Shown: one piece after another, positions 60,176-64,000 of the stretch
Position numbering within the stretch: the stretch's first letter is position 1
How the letters are laid out: each line of letters begins with the position of its first letter
Translations under genes and position numbers: made by a program
Notes under the pieces: model-generated
Database searches by the model: none
The model's input: only the letters and a program-made list of their open reading frames with translations
Told to the model about the DNA's origin: nothing
Source of the DNA: Euprymna scolopes
Lineage: Eukaryota
Reading direction: 5' to 3' (one strand)
NCBI GenBank assembly: GCA_053919585.1
Contig: CM132796.1
Length of the DNA: 64,000 nt

Positions 60176-63100
60176 AAAGAAAGGCCACCAGTTTCGTTGA
60201 TAACCCTGCAAGCGGTGAACTATTTGCCTATCACTACGTATCGTCAAATTTCATGTTCTCTGGACTTGAATTTATGGAGAGACTTTACGTAGGTTTTCAC
60301 CATAGCAGATTTACCATACCCCATCTTAGGCACGGATTTCCTACACCATTTTAATTTAATGGTAGACATGTGCAGACGCCGGCTGATAGACGCTAGCATG
60401 GAACTTTTCATCCCTGGCTTGTTATCAAATGCCCCATCTATCAGCCCAGTATTTTTCATTGCCGATGCGAATGACCCGTACCACGAGGTGCTACACTCCT
60501 ACCCGGAGTTAACAAATTTGAATTTTTTGGTGAGCAAACCCATGCACACCACAGAACACCACGTCGAGACCACAGGTGCTCCTGTGTTCTCACACCCTCG
60601 TCGCCTTCCTGCGGATAAACTCAAAGCAGCGAAGGCAGAATTTAATCATATGCTACAGTTGGGAATAATACGCCCTTCATCCAGTCCTTGGGCTTCCTCT
60701 CTGCATATGGTCCCAAAACGAGACGGAGATTGGCGTCCGACTGGGGACTATAGACGACTTAATGCCATGAAGGTACCTGATCGCTACCCAATCCCGCATA
60801 TTCAGGACTTTGCTTCCTCTCTACATGGTTGTAAGACCTTTTCCAAACTAGATTTGGTGAAGGCTTACCATCAAATACCAGTTAATCCGGCCGACATACC
60901 AAAGACTGCCGTAACAACTCCATTCGGAGCCTTTGAATTTCTTACCATGCCTTTCGGCCTACGTAACGCTGCCAGTACTTTTCAGCGCTTTATGGATGAA
61001 GTAGTGCGTGACTTAAATTTTGTCTATAACTATATAGACAACATTCTCGTGGCTAGTGCCTCTCCTGAGGAACACATCACTCACCTCCACCTACTTTTCG
61101 AACGGTTTCAGCAATACCAGGTGAGGATTAACCCTGGTAAATGTGTTTTCGGTGTTACGTCACTAGTCTTCCTGGGCCACGTTATCAGCCCAGACGGTAT
61201 ATCTCCATTACCGGAAAGGTGAAGGCTCTACAAGACCTTCAACCGCCCACTTCATTTCGCCAACTTGAACACTTCCTCGATCTGTTGAACAACTACACAC
61301 GCTTTATCCCACACTGTGCGGATCTCTCAGCTCCTCTTTCCGACCTGTTACATAACAGGAAGAAGAAAAATGAGCAGATCTACTTAATGAAATCCAACTT
61401 AGAGCTTTTGATGAAGTGAAAAATACACTAGCAACAACATCTTTACTGGCACATCCTGTACCCGAGGCCCAGTTCTCACAGGTCGTTGACGCAGCGGGAA
61501 CAGCTGTAGGTGAAGTGTTGCAACAGCAGCACCAACAACAGTTACAACCTCTCGCATACTTTTCGCGACAGCTAAAACCGGCCAAACAACATTACAGCAT
61601 GTTTGGCCTGGAACTTCTGGCAATGTACCTTGCAGTGAAACACTTCCAACATTCACTCGAGGGTCGGCAATTTACAATCTATACCGACCACCGTCCACTG
61701 ACACATGCACTGCGTGCTAAGCTGGACAAGTATTCTCCACGTGAAACACACCATTTGAACTTTGTTTCGCAATTTACTAGCGATATCCGGCATATCACGG
61801 GTGAACAGAACGCAGCAGCAGACGCATTGTTTCGCCTGCCCATTAATTCTCTGTCCTCACCATCTGATATCGATTTGCAACAGATGGCCTTAGATCAGCC
61901 AAGTCTGAACACGTTGGATCCATCGTCACCTGAATTTGCGACTTGCAAATTCGCATACCTGCCCGTGCCTACTTCTGACACGCAGATCATCTGTGACACC
62001 TTAACGGATTCACCTAGACCATTCGTTCCAATGACCCATCGTAGAGTTGTTTTTGAAACTCTACACAACGTAGCACACCCCGGATGCAAAGCTATAGTGA
62101 AGCTGATTACAGCTAGATTTTTCTGGCCTAACATGAGGCATGATATCACTGCTTGGACACGTTCCTGTGTATCTTGCAAAAAGTCAAAGGTGCACAAGCA
62201 TATCCGCGCACCCCTTGGAACATTCAGCACCCCTGACGCTTGGTTTAGCCATGTTCACATTGACTTGGTTGGACCATGGCCAGTTAGTCAGGGATTTACT
62301 TATCTCCTGACCTGCATAGACCGTTTCACACGGTGGCCTGAGGCCATCCCCCTTAGTGACATTTCGGCTGAATCTGTAGCGCGAGCCCTTATATCAGGCT
62401 GGATATCGCGTTACGGAGTTCCCACTACAATCACCACTGATTGTGGTGCACAATTCGAATCCCACCTATTCTGGGAACTGTCCAAGATCCTCAGGATCAC
62501 TCGCATTTGGACAACAAGCTATCACCCTGCTTCTAACGGGATGATAGAACACTTCCATTGCCAATTGAAAGCAGCATTACGCGCTTACACCGACCAACAG
62601 CAATGTACATACTGGTCGTCCTTCTTGGCTGTCGGGCATCAATCAAGGAGGACCTGGGATATTCGGCAGCTGAACTGGTCTATGGAGCACCTCTATTGTT
62701 GCCAGGTCAGATGCTGACCCCAATAGAGGATATAACAACTGACACAGCTCTGTATGTCAACAGACTATGAGCTTATCTCAGTAAGCTACAGCCGATGCAC
62801 CCTAGGAAACAGACCATTGAATCTTTGGTTCTGAAAGACATATCGACATGGACTCACGTGTTCCTTAGAAAGGACACAGTAAAAGCCCCCTAACTCCACC
62901 TTACACTGGCCTTTATCGCGTGCTTTCACGCACTGACAAAATGTTGATCTTAGACATTAGTGGTAAAAAAGAGACAGTATCGGTAGATAGAGTAAAAAGA
63001 GCCTTTCTGGACACATTAACACCTGAGCCACACATTCCTCCAACATACACACAGCATCATCATACACCTGAGGTAAATGTTCCTCGTGAGAACAATTATG

Positions 63101-63775
63101 TGACCACTACACGTAGTGGTCGACGGGTACATTGGCCGAAGAGACTATGCAAAACTGTGTATTTCTGTTGAGAAAGAACATTTTTTCTCTCCTTTCCAAA
63201 AAAAGAACATTTTTTTCTTCTCTCCTTCACCAAAAAAAAAAAAAAATTTTTTTTTTCAAAAAAATACTCAAATAAATTTACATTTCTATTGTATTCTTCT
63301 TCTTACTATTTGTTAGGCTACCTTTTTCTCTGTCGGCTTTCAGCCTAAGCAGGGGGTTATGTAGCAGACGCAAATAGACCTCTTTCTTCTTGCACATATT
63401 CCTCCCTGATTGAGTGATTTGGCCATACACTGGCCAATCAGAGGAGTAGCGCATGAATATTTTAAATCACCAAGGACCTGACAGCTTCCGGTCCTGAGAA
63501 GAAAACACTCTCTTACTCCACCAGCTTTCGAAGGGACTAGACTTTTCGCTCCTCTGCTCCTACTAGGTATCAGACGACAGCCACCGGCTGTAACTACTTA
63601 GTAAGCAGTGAAGTCCCGAACCTTCCTTCCTTCTTTTCCTCCTTCGAGTTTAATGCCTTTTTAAATAAACCTTTCCTTGTTAAGTTTAAGAAGTGGTTTG
63701 TTGTTTGCTCGGAAAATTGTGTTAAATTATTTTATTAGGGAGTGCCTTAAAAGCACCAAATATATAATCCCTAAA
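60176..63775 (+). mobile_element. 5'-truncated Gypsy (CsRn1-like) element: part of protease, RT, RNase H, IN, PPT, 3' LTR 63360-63775
   Basis: [61 protein letters not shown]; aagcaggggg PPT; LTR TGTAGCAG...CTAAA. Confidence 0.92.
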
Positions 63776-64000
63776 AGTGAAAGTGGCGTTATTACTATGA
63801 AATATTGTTAGAATTTAAAAATTGAAATTATTGTGAAAGAACTTAATTGCTAAGTATTTAATAATTATTGATATAAAAAATAATTATTGTAAAATAATTT
63901 TTAAACAGTTAAAGTCATATCTAAGTAACACAATTCGATTGGCTATTAAAATTGTAACATTTTACTTAGTTTTAAAATTAAAAAAAAAAAATAATTAGAT

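Overview
AT-rich eukaryotic (most likely invertebrate metazoan) genomic DNA with three assembly gaps. Most of it is nested, decayed transposable elements around two convergently oriented paralogous C2H2 zinc-finger genes (7 fingers at 20.2 kb on +, 17 fingers at 46.5-48.0 kb on -), which appear to come from an old inverted duplication. The TEs are five Gypsy-type LTR retrotransposons, APE-type LINEs, an R4/Dong-like LINE, mariner, Tc1, hAT-type and foldback MITEs, and Copia integrase fragments; there is also an 18S rRNA fragment. The main result is that three different minus-strand priming signals occur next to 5' LTRs. (1) A canonical tRNA-Trp 3'-end PBS. (2) A Tf1-like self-priming site complementary to the element's own R region. 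(3) In two related elements with unrelated LTRs, the identical 12-mer AGCTATTTCGGC, the exact complement of nucleotides 1-12 (the 5' end) of cytosolic tRNA-Phe, which suggests a possibly undescribed priming mode using a 5' tRNA fragment. Also notable is a Gypsy element with INVERTED LTRs that appears to have integrated as one unit with a 4-bp target duplication. Everything was read by eye; boundaries of decayed elements are approximate and tRNA/rRNA matches are from recalled consensus sequences.
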